The notes: generated from the sequence alone by a model not told the origin. DNA of 64,000 nt from Tubulanus polymorphus (GCF_964204645.1 NC_134032.1:1358316-1422315), one strand, 5' to 3'; positions 1 through 13,734 are shown, counted from the first letter of the stretch. A program made the numbers and translations.

Positions 1-24
1 ATAGTATACAGCGTGTATTCCGGT

Positions 25-139
25 TAATCCTCTCATCTACGGGATTAGTGCTGTAGCTAATCCGCTTGGCGTGTGATGCAGTGCGGGAGCATAGAGGAAA
101 TTAGAGGATTAGGACCCGGGGATTAAGGCGTGCGGATTA
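25..139. promoter_or_regulatory. Cluster of six TAATCC/GGATTA K50-homeodomain sites (candidate enhancer)
   Basis: Sites at 25, 42, 58, 106, 120 and 134. Confidence 0.5.
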
Positions 140-654
140 AGGCGTGTGTGTCTGTGTGTTCAGCTAAGCCGAGCTGATTTACATTAGCTATGTCTCGGTA
201 TAGACTCGTAGGATAGTCTATGCTGATAATTTATTCCATCAAGATTTGAAATTCAAATCATTCGATATGAAAACTGTTACGTTTTTGTGTTTGGTCGGGA
301 TGAATTTGTTTGTTTATGTTAATGATGTTAGATATGAATATTAATGATTTAACAGGTGGGCTGAAGAGCGAAGCCGGCTCCACTTTGTGTTAATATATTA
401 TATATACGCGCGAGCTTTTTAAAAACCTTTATCTTCGAAAACAAATAGACCTCTAGCGCGTTTTCAATTTAGCGTCACTTTTTTTTTTTTTCGAAAGAAA
501 AAGTTCCGCAATGGATTTCATGCATATAACCGAAATTCGTTACCTATCCCATTTGCAGAATTATGACAATATTTATCGGGAAACCATTTTTTCAATTAAG
601 GTACTATTTTGGTGTCCTGCCCTGAAGATACTAATCTTATTGTGGTCTTATGCC

Positions 655-982
655 TTCTCAAAATACACCGCACTCAGGCCCTTTTCAAAATATACCGCAC
701 CCAGACTCTTTTCAAAATATACTGCACCCGCACCCTTTTCAAAATACACTGCACCCAGACCCTTCTCGAAATACACTGCACCCAGACCCTTCTCAAAATA
801 CAGTGCACCCAGACCCTTTTCAAAATATACTGCACCCGCACCCTTCTCAAAATACAGTGCACCCAGACCCTTTTCAAAATATACTTCACCCGCACCCTTC
901 TCAAAATACAGTGCACCCAGACCCTTCTCAAAATACAGTGTACCCAGACCCTTTTCAAAATATACTGCACCCAGACCCTTCA
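655..982. repeat. 27-bp minisatellite, about 12 copies
   Basis: Unit TTCTCAAAATACACTGCACCCAGACCC. Confidence 0.95.
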
Positions 983-1550
983 ATTTGAATTCTAATTCTC
1001 GCGTTATTGTAGAGTATAAGTTGTGATCAGGGTTTAATTTCACATGTTACTATCAGATATCAGAACAACGTAAAGAGTTTAATGATTCTGATTGCATTAA
1101 GTTAAGTATCTAGATTAAAAGGGATCTGCGCGCCAGCGCGCGTACACATATATCTGATAAACAGTTGAGTGAAATATTGAACCATTACATAAATCTAGCT
1201 ACACCCATTTTACATTGTGTCACACATGCATTGCTCTCTCTCCTCTCTCTCTCTCCTCTCTCTCTCCTCTCTCTATATGAGGAGAGTTATTTTACTCTGC
1301 TCTTTGTTGGTTTAGTCGATAATCAAGGATTATAAAACGTACATCGAATGTTAAGCCAGAGGCAGTGTTTTATACCCGCTGAATGCCGTGGTGGCGCTAC
1401 TGTCCGTCGTACGGTGAACTCTTTATGGCTTTTATCTATTCTGAGAAAAATTGATAATCTGCGATTACGTCAGGGTCGGCTGATCTGGTTAGGTCCCTGC
1501 CTGCGCATATTGACAATCCGAAAGGTGAATGGCTAGATTGAAGTGATCTA

Positions 1551-1677
1551 GGGCCAGTTGCTGAAAAGTTGGTTAAAGATAACCGGCCGTTAAATACCAT
1601 AGTAACAAAGAAATTTCAATTGTCACCATATCAACTATCCACTGGTTAACTCTAACCAACTTTTGAGCAACCGGCCC
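1551..1677. mobile_element. Harbinger/Tourist-like MITE
   Basis: 25-bp imperfect TIR GGGCCAGTTGCTGAAAAGTTGGTTA / TAACCAACTTTTGAGCAACCGGCCC; flanks CTA / CTG. Confidence 0.7.
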
Positions 1678-1814
1678 CTGGTTAGAACTCATTGTATTAG
1701 TGGTATAGGGTAATCAGTGTTGGTCCCACTGTAGTAGACCTCCGACGAGGGGTCCGGAGTGGTATACGTGGTTGTTGGTCTGGTAACCCTGCTGTAGACC
1801 TCTGTTAGCCACCA

Positions 1815-2110
1815 GCCCGGTTTCATAGACCGAGTATCGAAGTTATCCCTGGGGGTAAATCCTCAACCCGGGTGACAACCACCCGTAGTAACAATGAGAA
1901 ACCATGGTTATAACTGACAAATTTCAAAATGTTCCCAGGGACTATTTTTCTACCACATCTATGAAACCCAGCCTAGGAGTCTTGGTTTAGAAATTTTGAA
2001 ATTCGTCAGTTATAACCATGGTTTCTCATTGTTACTACGGTGGTTGTTACCCGGATTGAGGATTTACCCTTAGGGATAACTTGGATACTCGGTCTATGAA
2101 ACCAAACCCA
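1815..2110. mobile_element. Two inverted copies of a Harbinger-like MITE (GCCCGGTTTCATAGA termini)
   Basis: 1815-1973 and a truncated inverted copy at 1992-2110; a third copy at 24874-25036. Confidence 0.75.
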
Positions 2111-3060
2111 GGGGTCTTGGTTTAGTGGTTATCAGTTAGATAGCCGTTACATAGACCCCTCTTCTGCCTAGGAGTTAAGGCCTTGCTGTAGTTTAATGAC
2201 ATCAGCATTTTAAAAAGTTAAAAACTACATTAAAAATAATGAAATGTCAGACGAATTTGAAGTTGATTTTTTTTTCGCAGATAATTTTCCGCGTAAATCT
2301 TATTTGTGATTATGTAGTCTGAAAGTCGGGTATGAAATGTCGTTATACCGTTATCTGTGAGTCACAGATATTTGTTTGTGTTTTCGAAAGTTTTGTCCGA
2401 CTTTGAGCTTCAAAGGTTAGCGATATTTCGAAACTTAATTCATTAATCATTAATCTGGAGATAGCTAAAGGTAAACGCGATGTAGATTGAACCGGTTCGT
2501 AGGCCGATTGTAGACCGGTAATTGATGGACTGTAGGCCGACTGTCCACTAAGTACTTCAGAGTTTGTGTTTGCCTGAGCTTCAGCGGGTGGTAACCAAAC
2601 CCTGGCAAGCGAGGATGTCCGGATCCAGAAGACAGCGCTTACGCGAAAATTCCAAAAAACCACTAGGAAAATTAACGAGAATATTATATCATCGATAGTG
2701 TGATTTTAATTTGAAGGTACGCATCGAGTCGACTATATCGCTCTCAAACTCTCTCATCTGTATAGCCGATGAGATTGTGAGATGTCCCCTCGATCCTTTG
2801 ACGTCTCAGACAGGATGTGTCCCAACTTAAACGGGCGATAAGCTTCACCCGGCGAACACTCGACTGAGACAATAAGATAATCCACAGATAAACCTTGGAG
2901 TGATAAGCAAACATGGCCCGGTTGCTCCCTGCACTGTGTGTGTGTGTGTTATATTACAATAGATATGAACATATAGATCAAAGCTTTAGGTTTTATCTCA
3001 TTGTGTCTTACTTTTCAAGTGATTCTGCCGGAGAGTCAGCTCAGGCCATTTCTTCTCAAC

Positions 3061-3122
<62 letters not shown>

Positions 3123-3299
3123 TTGTGACCTTTTGATTTGAACTGAAATCCAGTCACGGCTTTAGACTTCAGACCAGTCTGAGAAGATAAATATCTAAGT
3201 TTTGTAACCGATCGGCTTCAGCTGGGCTATCAAAGGCTCAGCCGGGCTATCAAAGTCTATGTTAAGTCCATAACCAGTTTTGAATCTGTCGTTAATCGT

Positions 3300-3600
3300 A
3301 ACAACTTAAGACCAGTCTAAACTCATTATCGGTCTTATAGCCAATTTAACCTAAGACCAGTCTAAGCCCATTGTCAGTTTTATAGCCAATTTAACTTAGG
3401 ACAGTCTAAGCCCATTATCGGTCTTATAGCCAATTTAACTTAAGACCAGTCTAAGCCCATTGTCGGTCTTATAGCCAATTTAACTTAAGACCAGTCTAAG
3501 CTCATTATCGGTCTTGTAGCGAATTTAACTTAAAACCAGTCTAAGCTCATTATCGGTCTTATAGCCAATTTAACTTAAGACCGGTCTAAGTTCATCTTAG
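3300..3600. repeat. 45-bp tandem repeat related to the CTTAAGAC MITE family
   Basis: Unit TAACTTAAGACCAGTCTAAGCTCATTATCGGTCTTATAGCCAATT. Confidence 0.85.
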
Positions 3601-4205
3601 TTCGTAAGTCAATTCTACCAGTCTAAACTTGTTTAATATATTAGTCGACAAAAACCCACAATAATAAAGAAAAACTATCTGATAATTTGACGTTTCAACT
3701 CAAATCTTTGAGCCATTTTTAAAAAACTGAATTATTGTACAGTTATAAAAATAGAAAATATAGCAACAAGGTAACTAAGTGATCTCTACAGCTGTTGTTT
3801 ATATATATTCATGTCGCATGGTGGACTACAGGAAATTTGTTGTTGGTATTCAAGTTCGTCCGCCGCAACAAGCGTAAGAGTTGATCGCGATCACCCTATG
3901 CATTATCAGCGTCGTTATGTGATCACGGTTGTTTTCGGCGCGCGAGCGCGCGCGCCCGAACGCCTCGTTATTATCGTATTCGGATTAAAACGAAAGAATC
4001 GACGCCGGGCGTAAAAATAACACCATCGGCATGCTTACACGATTATTACATCGCGACTGAGGGAGACAATCGTCGCGTTGAATCAACAGTCAACAGATCG
4101 GCACCGGTTTACGAGTTCACAAACATTGTTTAAACGTGTCCCGAGTTTCGCTAAGTTGCGCGTATGATAATAAACGATACATGGTTTTGCTCTAAGACGC
4201 CGGAT

Positions 4206-4258
<53 letters not shown>

Positions 4259-4380
4259 AGAGAGAGAGAGAGTTCGTACTCCGTCGGAGGAACGGCGCTC
4301 GGGGTAAATCTCTACTTCAGGCGACGGGTAAACGTAATGATATCTGCTTAAACAGCGTCCCTACGACTCGCTGATTCTTC

Positions 4381-4660
4381 GATAAATGAAGAAATCCCAC
4401 ACTTCGAATTTTAAACTTATACAATCAAATTTATTATTATTTTGAAACCACAACGTTTCGGCTGTCGACTAACGGTTTATCTTTAGTTTTGACACGCTGC
4501 TTCTATTTTAGATCCTGCAAGTTTATATGGTTTGTTACTTGTTTTTCTGGTCATTCCACCTGATGATGGCTGTTAGTCAACAGCCGAAACGTTGTGCTTT
4601 CAAAAAAATAGATTTTATTGTATAATTTTAAATTCGAAGTGTGGGATTTCATCATTTATC
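4381..4660. mobile_element. Penelope-like inverted-repeat relic with a + strand minimal hammerhead (4557-4596)
   Basis: Arms 4381-4473 / 4573-4660. CAC-CTGATGA-T-GGCTGTT(agtc)AACAGCC-GAAA-CGT-T-GTG. Confidence 0.7.
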
Positions 4661-4734
4661 AACAGTATCAACAGTGTACACGGATTATAGTGTTTATTCG
4701 ACAACTATCATTGATTCTTTTTGTACGCCATATA

Positions 4735-4819
<85 letters not shown>

Positions 4820-5159
4820 AGGTCGGAATTAGCACCAGGAATTAGCATCTGTCCAGATTGCGATCAACCGCTTATGTTGTTGTTCCTTGTTAAAAAAAAT
4901 AAATGAAAGAAAAAATTTTTGAAAAATTATTGGTTGAAGTTTGAACAAGATGAATAACTCGGGAAAGTTTGTTGACGCCTTAAAAAATAACACATAAATC
5001 GCTTCAATATTGTCGACAATAAATGATACAATGAAGATTTCATGATATCGAGGATCAATAAAGTTATTTTGGATTTGAATATGTATCGATAATTGAATTG
5101 AATTGACCGGCAACCGGTCTAGTCCGACATATTGACTTGGATCCAGTAAAGTAGTGAGT

Positions 5160-5455
5160 TTAACCCTTTCAGTGCTGGCATATTAATACCCTATCGTGCT
5201 GAAGATAATTTGAAAATTCTGAAAAATTCCACCCTAGTGTGTTGAATAACGGGCTGACCGCTTTAGTGCATCTACACCGCGTCGCGGTGTATCGTTAGTT
5301 ACTTATATCTCACTATGTTTGACAGGTGCTGCCATCTTTCAATAGAGATAATTAGTAATTACTAATTAAATCAATACACCGCAGTGCGGTGTACTAGCAA
5401 AATCCATCACTGATTTGTACACCGCACTGCGGTGTAGACGCACTGAAAGGGTTAA
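5160..5455 (+). mobile_element. piggyBac-like MITE (about 288 bp), copy 1
   Basis: TTAA-CCCTTTCAGTGC...GCACTGAAAGGG-TTAA, with three internal TACACCGCnnnGCGGTGTA palindromes. Confidence 0.9.
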
Positions 5456-5575
5456 GTCGAGGTAAAGATGTGATGACTACTGCTGGGGTTCACTCCGACC
5501 TGTTCAATCTATCGCATCCGAAATCATACGAATACGATATTCGTTTTCTATGATAGTTTCTATAATTATTTACAG

Positions 5576-5777
5576 GTGGCGCCACCGTCATCGTTGAAAG
5601 TCGACCAGCAGCAGCAGCAGCAGCAGCAGCCACCAACAATGATTCCAGCGGTAACCAATGATACGATCAATTCGCCCCGGAGCAGTCCTAATCCTCCTCC
5701 GCCGCAGCAGCAGCCTCCTGTGATGACTAGAAGTCGCCCTCCAAGTCCTAAACAACCTTCCACTAGCTGCAATACTG
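5576..5777 (+). CDS. dve: Candidate internal coding exon (Gln/Pro/Ser-rich) of a long N-terminal isoform of the dve/SATB locus; its upstream exons would lie outside the window
   Basis: Acceptor tttacag|GTG at 5575/5576, donor ACTG|gtatgt at 5777/5778. Open frame VAPPSSLKVDQQQQQQQQPP...STSCNT. Exit phase 1 matches the phase-1 acceptor at 30557. Confidence 0.6.
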
Positions 5778-6199
5778 GTATGTAACTAAAATTATTATTA
5801 TATTATAATATTTATTGATTAGCGATGATTAACTGTTTGACTGCTGTGTCCTGCGATATTTGGGTCTGTCTAATGTTTGTATGAATACAGGGAGTGTTGT
5901 GAGTGTTATGAGGGGTGAAGGGTGAGGGGTGTTACAGGGTGTGTGACTGTCTATAATGTAGTGTAACCAGAAAGATGCATTCCGTAAAGTTTCCTTAAAG
6001 ATAATGATTTATTGATTCGACGTTTTAACTGATAGTCATCATCTTCAGGACAGATGATCACATGTTATAGTCATTAGTTCTACAGAGTTTTCATCAATGG
6101 TTATGTGGCAGTCGGTATATGTGTAAGGTGTTGCAGGGTTGTTAGTATTGAATATCCGGGGGTCTGGTGGCTGTCTGTGGTTGTGTATGATCGGTAACT

Positions 6200-6595
6200 T
6201 CTGCTGGTGCTGCCACTCCTGCCGCCACTCTGCTGCTGGTTCTACCATTGCTGGTGCTGCCACTGCTGGTGCTGCTGGTTCTACCACTGCTGGTGCTGCT
6301 GGTTCTACCACTGCTGGTGCTGCCACTCCTGCCGCCACTCTGATGCTGGTTTCAGTGGTGCTGCTGCTGCTGCTGCTGCTGGTTCTCCCATTGCTGGTGC
6401 TGCTGCTGCTGCTGGTGCCGCCACTCTGGTGCTGCCACTGCTGGTTCTGCCACTGCTGCTGCTGCCATTGCTGGTGCTGCCACTGCTGCTGGTGCTGCCA
6501 CTGCTGCTGCTGCCATTGCTGGTGCTGCCACTGCTGCTGCTGCCATTGCTGGTGCTGCCACTGCTGCTGGTGCTGCTGCTGCTGCTGCTGGCATG
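6200..6595. repeat. Imperfect (CTG)n low-complexity tract
   Basis: CTG/GTG/CCA triplet mosaic without flanking splice signals. Confidence 0.85.
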
Positions 6596-7149
6596 TGTGC
6601 ATGCTCCTCAGTGTTATCTGGTGTAGTGTTGTATTATAGGAGCTAATCCTCTCCCAAATTCCTCGTTTATCCTCAGTTTATCCGCAGCCAAATTACTTTC
6701 GCGAGGATTAACGCGAGGTTTCGATTTGTGCGCTAATCCTCGGCTGTTCCTCGGTTTAGAATTTCATCGTCGTCTGCCGCTGCGTCGTGTATCGTGTCCC
6801 GATATAACGGACGAACCGGCTAATCTCACATCTATTCCCGACGATTTTTATTTTTCTTGTCAACGTCGCGAGACGTCTTCGCGTTGAATCAGCGACGAGA
6901 ACTGACACGATTTTTTTTCTCTTTTTTCTAAATGATGAGGTTTTATCCGTGTTCGATGTTTTCTATCCATTTCACCGGACGGTTTATAAATCTGTCTCTC
7001 GTCGTGTTGTTGGAACTGGTTTTTTCTTCTAATGAAAAGTTTTTGAATTTCTTGAGTTTTTCGCTGTCAATCTGGCCAAATATGATCCCGTGTAGACAGC
7101 GAGCATTGCATGAAAATAAAATCAATCAATCTTTCATTCACTTTGCAAA

Positions 7150-7492
7150 ATAATGGGTACCTACAGCCATGTATGGGTACAGGTACCCACACAGGTACAT
7201 GTATGGGTATTCCACACACATGTACCTGGACACGTGTACGGGCACCTGGGCACGTGTACATATGCATGGGCACATGGACACATGTATGGACACGTTTTCA
7301 TATGTACGGGCACCTGGACACGTGTACGGGCACATGGAAACGTGTATGGGCGCGTGTACGGGCACCTGGACACATGTATGGGCACGTTTTCATGTGTACG
7401 GGCACATGTACACACGTGTACGGGCACATGTACACACGTGTACGGGCACCTGGTCACATGTACGGGCACATGTACATACGTGTACGGGCACC
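7150..7492. repeat. Degenerate GTGTACGGGCACATG repeat
   Basis: Units of about 20 bp. Confidence 0.85.
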
Positions 7493-8767
7493 TTTGCTGA
7501 TGGATCTAGTAAGACCGGTTTAATATAAGTTTTCTACTGCGAGGATTTGATTCGATTATTTCTCGAACACGGATTTAAAATGTAATTATCCCGTATAATA
7601 CGAGATGAATCATCCCCTCCCTCCTCCCTACTCCCCCCTCACCCCCGTCGCCGCCCGCGCGTATAAAACACACATGTGTGCGTTTAGGATCAGTTTGACT
7701 CACACTGTCGGTCGCCGCTTAGAAAAAAATTCATCAATTGTCGTGCCGTGGATCGGTGCTTGGGTCGCTGTAAATGCAGTGACGCGGGTCGCTGTAAATG
7801 CAGTGGTTGAAGGATTAGGCGTTTTCTCCGTTTCAATTATGAGCCACGCGCGGGACGGGATTATTGAAGATTAGCCTCGCCGTGATACATCCCTAAGACT
7901 ACCGGGGCGGGAGAAGGGAGGGGGGTGAGATTTCTACGTATTGAGGGTTTGGTTCTGGTGCGATGATACGGATGTATTCGCCCCGACGCGCGCTAACAGA
8001 AAAGATGATTTACTCCGTAAATCCCTTCGCGGCGAATTCACCGCGATATAAACGCGTTCACAATTCCCGAGAAAAGTTCGGTTACCTTCACAAATCAGGG
8101 ATGAAAATCTTCCGACCGTAGACGGATTTCCGACCTTTTCTAACATATTCTTTATTCCCGAGACCGGTGTAAATCACCTCAATCGCTTTAATCACCTAAA
8201 TCGCGGGCGTCACATCGGAGCACTCCGTAGTTAGGAGTGCTCCTTAAGACGGTTTTCGGCAGTTTTTAGCGCAACTGTGGAGTCGGAGAAACCAATATGG
8301 CGTCTCATTCAAAAAGCGGCTCTAATTCAGGCCCGAACTATTAACATTTCGACCGAAAGGAAGTAAGTTTTTGGCTCGCGATAGCCGATGAGATGGAGGT
8401 AATATAGTGAAGTGGTATTTATTGCTTTCCGTGTCGTCAGTGGATTATAATACAACACCTGATCCCCTGCGGATAGATGAGCTCTCGGCGGCGACTGCGC
8501 GTCATTTCCTTTCTCAGGATTCGGATAATCTCATTCTCTCTATCTCAGTTATTAAGTATATCCTCGTAGCGTTTCGTTAAGAAGCTCTCTGTTCGGTATC
8601 TGTTCATCGCGACGGAGTGTACCGATCACAACTGGGCAATCGAAACGGTTTACGCCTTTTTCGTCTCTCGAAGAACCCTATTCTACCTGTTTGAAATTAC
8701 CGTCAAGCTCCGCGACGTTTTTCGAAGAACCCTAGAATGGTTACCTTCGAACAGAAATGAATACCAG

Positions 8768-8995
8768 GGGCCGGTTGCATAGTCATCGCTTAGACTTAAG
8801 ACCGGTCTAAGACCAACTTAGTTATATAGCCGATCTAACAACTTAAGACCAGTCTTAAGATATAAGACCAATTATGGACTTAAGTCACAACTGTGCAACT
8901 GGCCCTTGGGCCTGGTTCCACAGTGAGTTAAGGTTAGTTCATTTTCAATGTTTAACTCTAGATTCAAATCTAAGTTAGAACTGCGGAACTGGATC
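8768..8995. mobile_element. Two abutting MITEs (CTTAAGAC family 8768-8905, GAGTTAACTC family 8909-8995)
   Basis: TIRs GGGCCGGTTGCA / TGCAACTGGCCC and GGCCTGGTTCCACAG / CTGCGGAACTGGATC; 3-bp CAG/TTG/CAG spacers. Confidence 0.75.
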
Positions 8996-9046
8996 CAGAG
9001 GACTTAAAACTAGACTCGATGTAGTCCCGAAATGCTTGTGGACTTC

Positions 9047-9240
9047 AGCTGGCTGTACTCGGAGCAGTCCGTCCTGCTGGCTGTACTCGGAGCAGTCCGT
9101 CCTGCTGGCTGTACTCGGAGCAGTCCATCCTGCTGGCTGAACTCGGAGCAGTCCATCTTGCTGGCTGTACTCGGAGCAGTCCGTCCTGCTGGCTGTACTC
9201 GGAGCAGTCCGTCTTGCTGGCTGTACTCGGAGCAGTCCAC
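9047..9240. repeat. 28-bp minisatellite
   Basis: Unit GCTGGCTGTACTCGGAGCAGTCCGTCCT. Confidence 0.9.
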
Positions 9241-9889
9241 CCTGGTGGCTTTACTCGCTGTTACGAGCTAAACTTACAAAGTTTACGAGTTCGATATTTA
9301 AACACTAGATGTCTCTGCTGGTAGTGGTCGCGCGCGCGATTAAAAAGTTTCAAACACCCGATGACAACAATGTCGACGGTTGATGATCGGGGTCGTTACC
9401 GGCAGTAACCGTCGGCAGCCGGCGGCTCGCGAGACAAATATAAATGATTTATACAACGTTAATAATCCGGGATTATAGGAATATTACGACGAGGGAGGAG
9501 TGGGGAGCGAGGGGAGCGAGGGGAGGCTATCGTTCAGCCTTATAAATATCGTATTATCCGCCGACGAAAGCTAGACAAATCGCGACTGAAATCTGACAGT
9601 CGCCAAATATCGGTCGGGCGTAGCTCGTCAGTCGTCCCCTCCGCAGTCGGATTAGAAGACAAACAAAATGATGAAAATACGCGGATTGTGTCGCCGCGGT
9701 GATTACAAACACGGCGCATCCTTCCTCACTCGCCAGTCATCGGATGAGTGATGATCATCGTCGCCGTCGACTTCGAGCGTGGTTTATGATGTCGACGGAC
9801 TGGTTGCCTGTAGCGGCGTGTCCGTATTATTAGACTGGTTGCCTGTTCGTTGTTTGTTTCAAAGCGTGTCCATCGGACTGGTATCGGAA

Positions 9890-10450
9890 TGGTTACCTGT
9901 TTGTTTTGGACTGGTTTCCAGTCACTATTTGACTGGTAACATGTCTGGTTTTTGACTGGGTTCCACTCGAAATATTGGACTTGTTACCCCCTCAGTTTAA
10001 GACTGGGTTCCAGTCGAAATATCGGACTGGTTATCTGTCTGGTTTGGACTGGGTTCCAGTCAAAATATTGGACTGGTTACCCGTCTGGTTTGGACTGGGT
10101 TCCAGTCAAAATGTTGGGCTGGTTACCTGTCTGGTTTGGACTGGGTTCCAGTCAAAATATTGGGCTGGTTTCCTGTCTGGTTTGGACTGGGTTCCAGTCG
10201 AAATATTTGACTGGTTACCTGTCTGTTTTTGACTGGGTTCCAGTCGAAATATTGGACTGGTTACCCGTCTGGTTTGGACTTGGTTCCAGTCGAAATATTG
10301 GACTGGTTACCTGTCTGGTTTGGACTGGGTTCCAGTCGAAATATTGGACTGGTTACCCGTCTGGTTTGGACTTGGTTCCAGTCGAAATATTGGACTGGTT
10401 ACCTGTCAATTTTAGACTGGTTTCTATGTTTATTCCATGGACTGGTTGAC
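9890..10450. repeat. 46-bp minisatellite
   Basis: Unit GACTGGTTACCTGTCTGGTTTGGACTGGGTTCCAGTCGAAATATTG. Confidence 0.9.
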
Positions 10451-11013
10451 GTGTTTTTATCTAGTTCATATTTTACTGGTATCAGCGTGTGATTTATTGA
10501 AACCCTGATAAAGATTATGCAATTATTCGGGGACCGTATAACGATAACTGATTTCATTAACTACTCAGCCACCAGATGGCGCACATCGCTCGGCCGTATT
10601 ATGCCAGTAGCGACTAGAACTATTATCCGCGTAAATAAATCCGAAATCATCTCAACTTTAAATTTTGATAAGATTAAATTCAAAAGCTTCTCCGACCAAA
10701 ACAACAGCTCAGTTCAAACTAATTCTGTCTGTGTTCCATTCTATCTCTACTACACCTTATATAGACTACGTATTAAAAACAATTTGCTATAAACAGACAA
10801 ACAAAGTTATTACATTACAAACGCAACTGACAAATACAATTCTACGTGAAACAACACATCGTTATAGGAGAGCTGCTAACTCACATATAGACTACGGGCC
10901 ACAGTGCAGACATCAGTACAGAAATTTGGATTTGAACCTAAAAGCACAGCAGTAGTAACACTAGAGTCAAAGACTTTTTCAACTGTAACTCTTCAGTAGG
11001 TTTTATACATTAT

Positions 11014-11322
11014 GTTCTGTAACTGTGTCTAGGTTCGGTAGGTGGTTCTGTAACTGTGTCTAGGTTCGGTAGGTGGTTCTGTTACTGTGTCTAGGTTCGG
11101 TAGGTGGTTCTGTAACTGTGTCTAGGTTCGGTAGGTAGTTCTGTAACTGTGTCTAGGTTCGGTAGGTCGTTCTGTAACTGTGTCTAGGTTCGGTAGGTGG
11201 TTCTGTAACTGTGTCTAGGTTCGGTAGGTCGTTCTGTAACTGTGTCTAGGTTCGGTAGGTGGTTCTGTAACTGTGTCTAGGTTCGGTAGGTCGTTCTGTA
11301 ACTGTGTCTAGGTTCGGTAGGT
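11014..11322. repeat. 31-bp minisatellite, 10 copies
   Basis: Unit GTTCTGTAACTGTGTCTAGGTTCGGTAGGT(G/C/A). Confidence 0.95.
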
Positions 11323-11789
11323 TTAAGCGCTTTTTGAAATAAATCTTCTTTTTTTTTTAATCTTCGAAAATCTCTTCCTCGTACATAAACTTGTCGTCGA
11401 TGGCAACCATCGTCGTCGGTTACGCCTGTTTAAAAGTTTTCGCTATAATCTCATTTCGTCGGCGATTAACGTTACGGGGTTTCCGCGGCGTATCCCCCGC
11501 TCCCCTCGCGCTCCCCTCGACGTCTTACGGCGAGATTCAGATTTTTCGGTTAAAACCTTAAAATGAATGTCGTCACTCTCTCCCCCGGTAATAGGTTTAA
11601 ACAGTATTTAGAATGCGGCCGTCGTGGATGACCGTAATCCTGCTAAAATCGCGAACATCATCAATCCTCCTCGTGCGCCCGCGCGTATCATACGTCTGAA
11701 TATCTGATCAGTAGTCATAAATCTGATAACTTAAACCCCGAATCTAAAGTTGGTATAAGGTTTAAGCGTCGGGAAAGTTACCCCACCTG

Positions 11790-11888
11790 GGTCCAGTTCC
11801 ACAGTTCTGAGTCAATATTCAACTCATCGAAAATGAACTAACTTTAACTCGAGAGTTTACCCTAAACTCGCGACTGTGGAACTGGGTC
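11790..11888. mobile_element. About 100-bp GAGTTAACTC-family MITE with CTG target duplication
   Basis: GGTCCAGTTCCACAGT...ACTGTGGAACTGGGTC. Further copies at 26134, 33740, 48351, 49732 and 57894. Confidence 0.8.
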
Positions 11889-12509
11889 CTGGAGTCTACC
11901 GTGGCAAGCGACGATCCACGACGCTTATCGATGCTGCTCTTCCGATTTCAAATTCTTCGACATTTTTTTTTTCGGTAAAAATCGAATATCGTTTCCTCTT
12001 AAATTAAAAATTAATTATTCACAAAAATAATTCATCGCTGAGCTATAGAAGAGAGAATTAATTGTATAATTCGATATAGTGAATAGTTTGAATCAGTTTG
12101 GAGTTGATTGAGGAGGATGAACCGATTTTGTAGAATTATGCTAAGTTTTTCGAAACTTTCTAAAACTTTTTTCGATTTTCGAAACAAAAAACTTTTTCAA
12201 GTAGTAGCGAAAGAAGTATTAGCGCTCGCGATGTCGCTCGCTCGAGGAGGTATTATAATTTATTAGACGGTTTACGTCAGTTAAGCCGTAATTCCGCTAT
12301 CGTGTTGGCCTGCTACTTAGAATAAAGCTATAAGCTCGGCGCTCGGGTTTTAACATAATCAGCTCAACATGCGAAGATTTCTGCCTTCGAATTCGCGATG
12401 ATAGATAGGAATTATTATACTTACTACGTTCATCTCTCGCGTAGAATAGACGCTTTAATCATACGCGGCGATATCTGAATTCACCGGTGAACAACCAGAA
12501 AGAACCCGC

Positions 12510-13376
12510 TCAGCTGTACGGAGTGAGAGGTATTGTCGTTGCCCCATCCGTCTGTCAGTCGCGCTCGGCGGTACGGAGTGATAGATATTGTCATTGCCCC
12601 ATCCGTCTGTCAGTCGCGCTCGGCGGTACGGCGTGAGAGGTATTGTCGTTGCACCATCCGTCCGTCAGTCCCGCTCGGCGGTACGGAGTGAGAGGTATTG
12701 TCATTGCCCCATCGTCTGTCAGTCCCGCTCGGCGGTACGGAGTGAGAGGTATTGTCGTTGCCCCATCCGTCCATCAGTCCCGCTCGGCCAAACCGCATGA
12801 GAGGTATTGTCGTTGCACCATCCGTCCGTCAGTCCCGCTCGGCGGTATGGAGTGAGAGGTATTGTCATTGCCCCATCCGTCCGTCAGTCCCGCTCGGCGG
12901 TACGGAGTGAGAGGTATTGTCATTGCCCCATCCGTCCGTCAGACCCTCTCAGCGGTACGGCGTGAGAGGTATTGTTGTTGCCCCATCTGTCCGTCAGTCC
13001 CGCTTGGCGGTACGGAGTGAGAGGTATTGTCGTTGCCCCATCCGTCCGTCAGACCCTCTCAGCGGTACGGCGTGAGAGGTATTGTTGTTGCCCCATCCGT
13101 CTGTCAGTCGCGCTCGGCGGTACGGAGTGAGAGGTATTGTCGTTGCCCCATCTGTCCGTCAGTCCCGCTCGGCGGTACGGAGTGAGAGGTATTGTCATTG
13201 CCCCATCCGTCTGTCAGTCCCGCTCGGCCATACCGCATGAGAGGTATTGTCGTTGCACCATCCGTCCGTCAGTCCCGCTCGGCGGTACGGAGTGAGAGGT
13301 ATTGTCATTGCCCCATCCGTCTGTCAGTCCCGCTCGGCCATACCGCATGAGAGGTATTGTCGTTGCACCATCCGTC
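12510..13376. repeat. 55-bp minisatellite, about 15-16 copies
   Basis: Unit GGCGGTACGGAGTGAGAGGTATTGTCGTTGCCCCATCCGTCCGTCAGTCCCGCTC. Confidence 0.95.
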
Positions 13377-13734
13377 TCTGTTCTTTATACGGGATATGTC
13401 TACAGATTCACAATTAGAATTTCAATTATTTACAAGATACATTTATGGTCTATGCGTAGGTGATGATGCTTTTGATTTCGGTCTTAGCAGGAATAAAGAT
13501 GGCTGACTGGTGGCCGTATTTGTTTCTCAAATTATACATACAGGGTAGGCCTAAAGTTTTTTCTTTATTTTCACTCGAAAACTGTCGGATTTATAGATGA
13601 TTTTTGGTATTCAGCTTATAGCTGTTGAGATGGCTGACTGGTGGCCGTATTTAATTCTCAAAATACTATATCCCTGTTATACTGGGTACATAGGTAATGG
13701 TCCCTACTTATTTTGGTTATAACGGTACTCGATG

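Noticed and set aside
511-1043. Overlapping ORFs up to 171 aa
   Set aside because: Open in several frames only because of a 27-bp tandem repeat.
6045-6639. PolyQ/polyC/polyL ORFs
   Set aside because: CTG-type low complexity, open on both strands, with no convincing splice sites.
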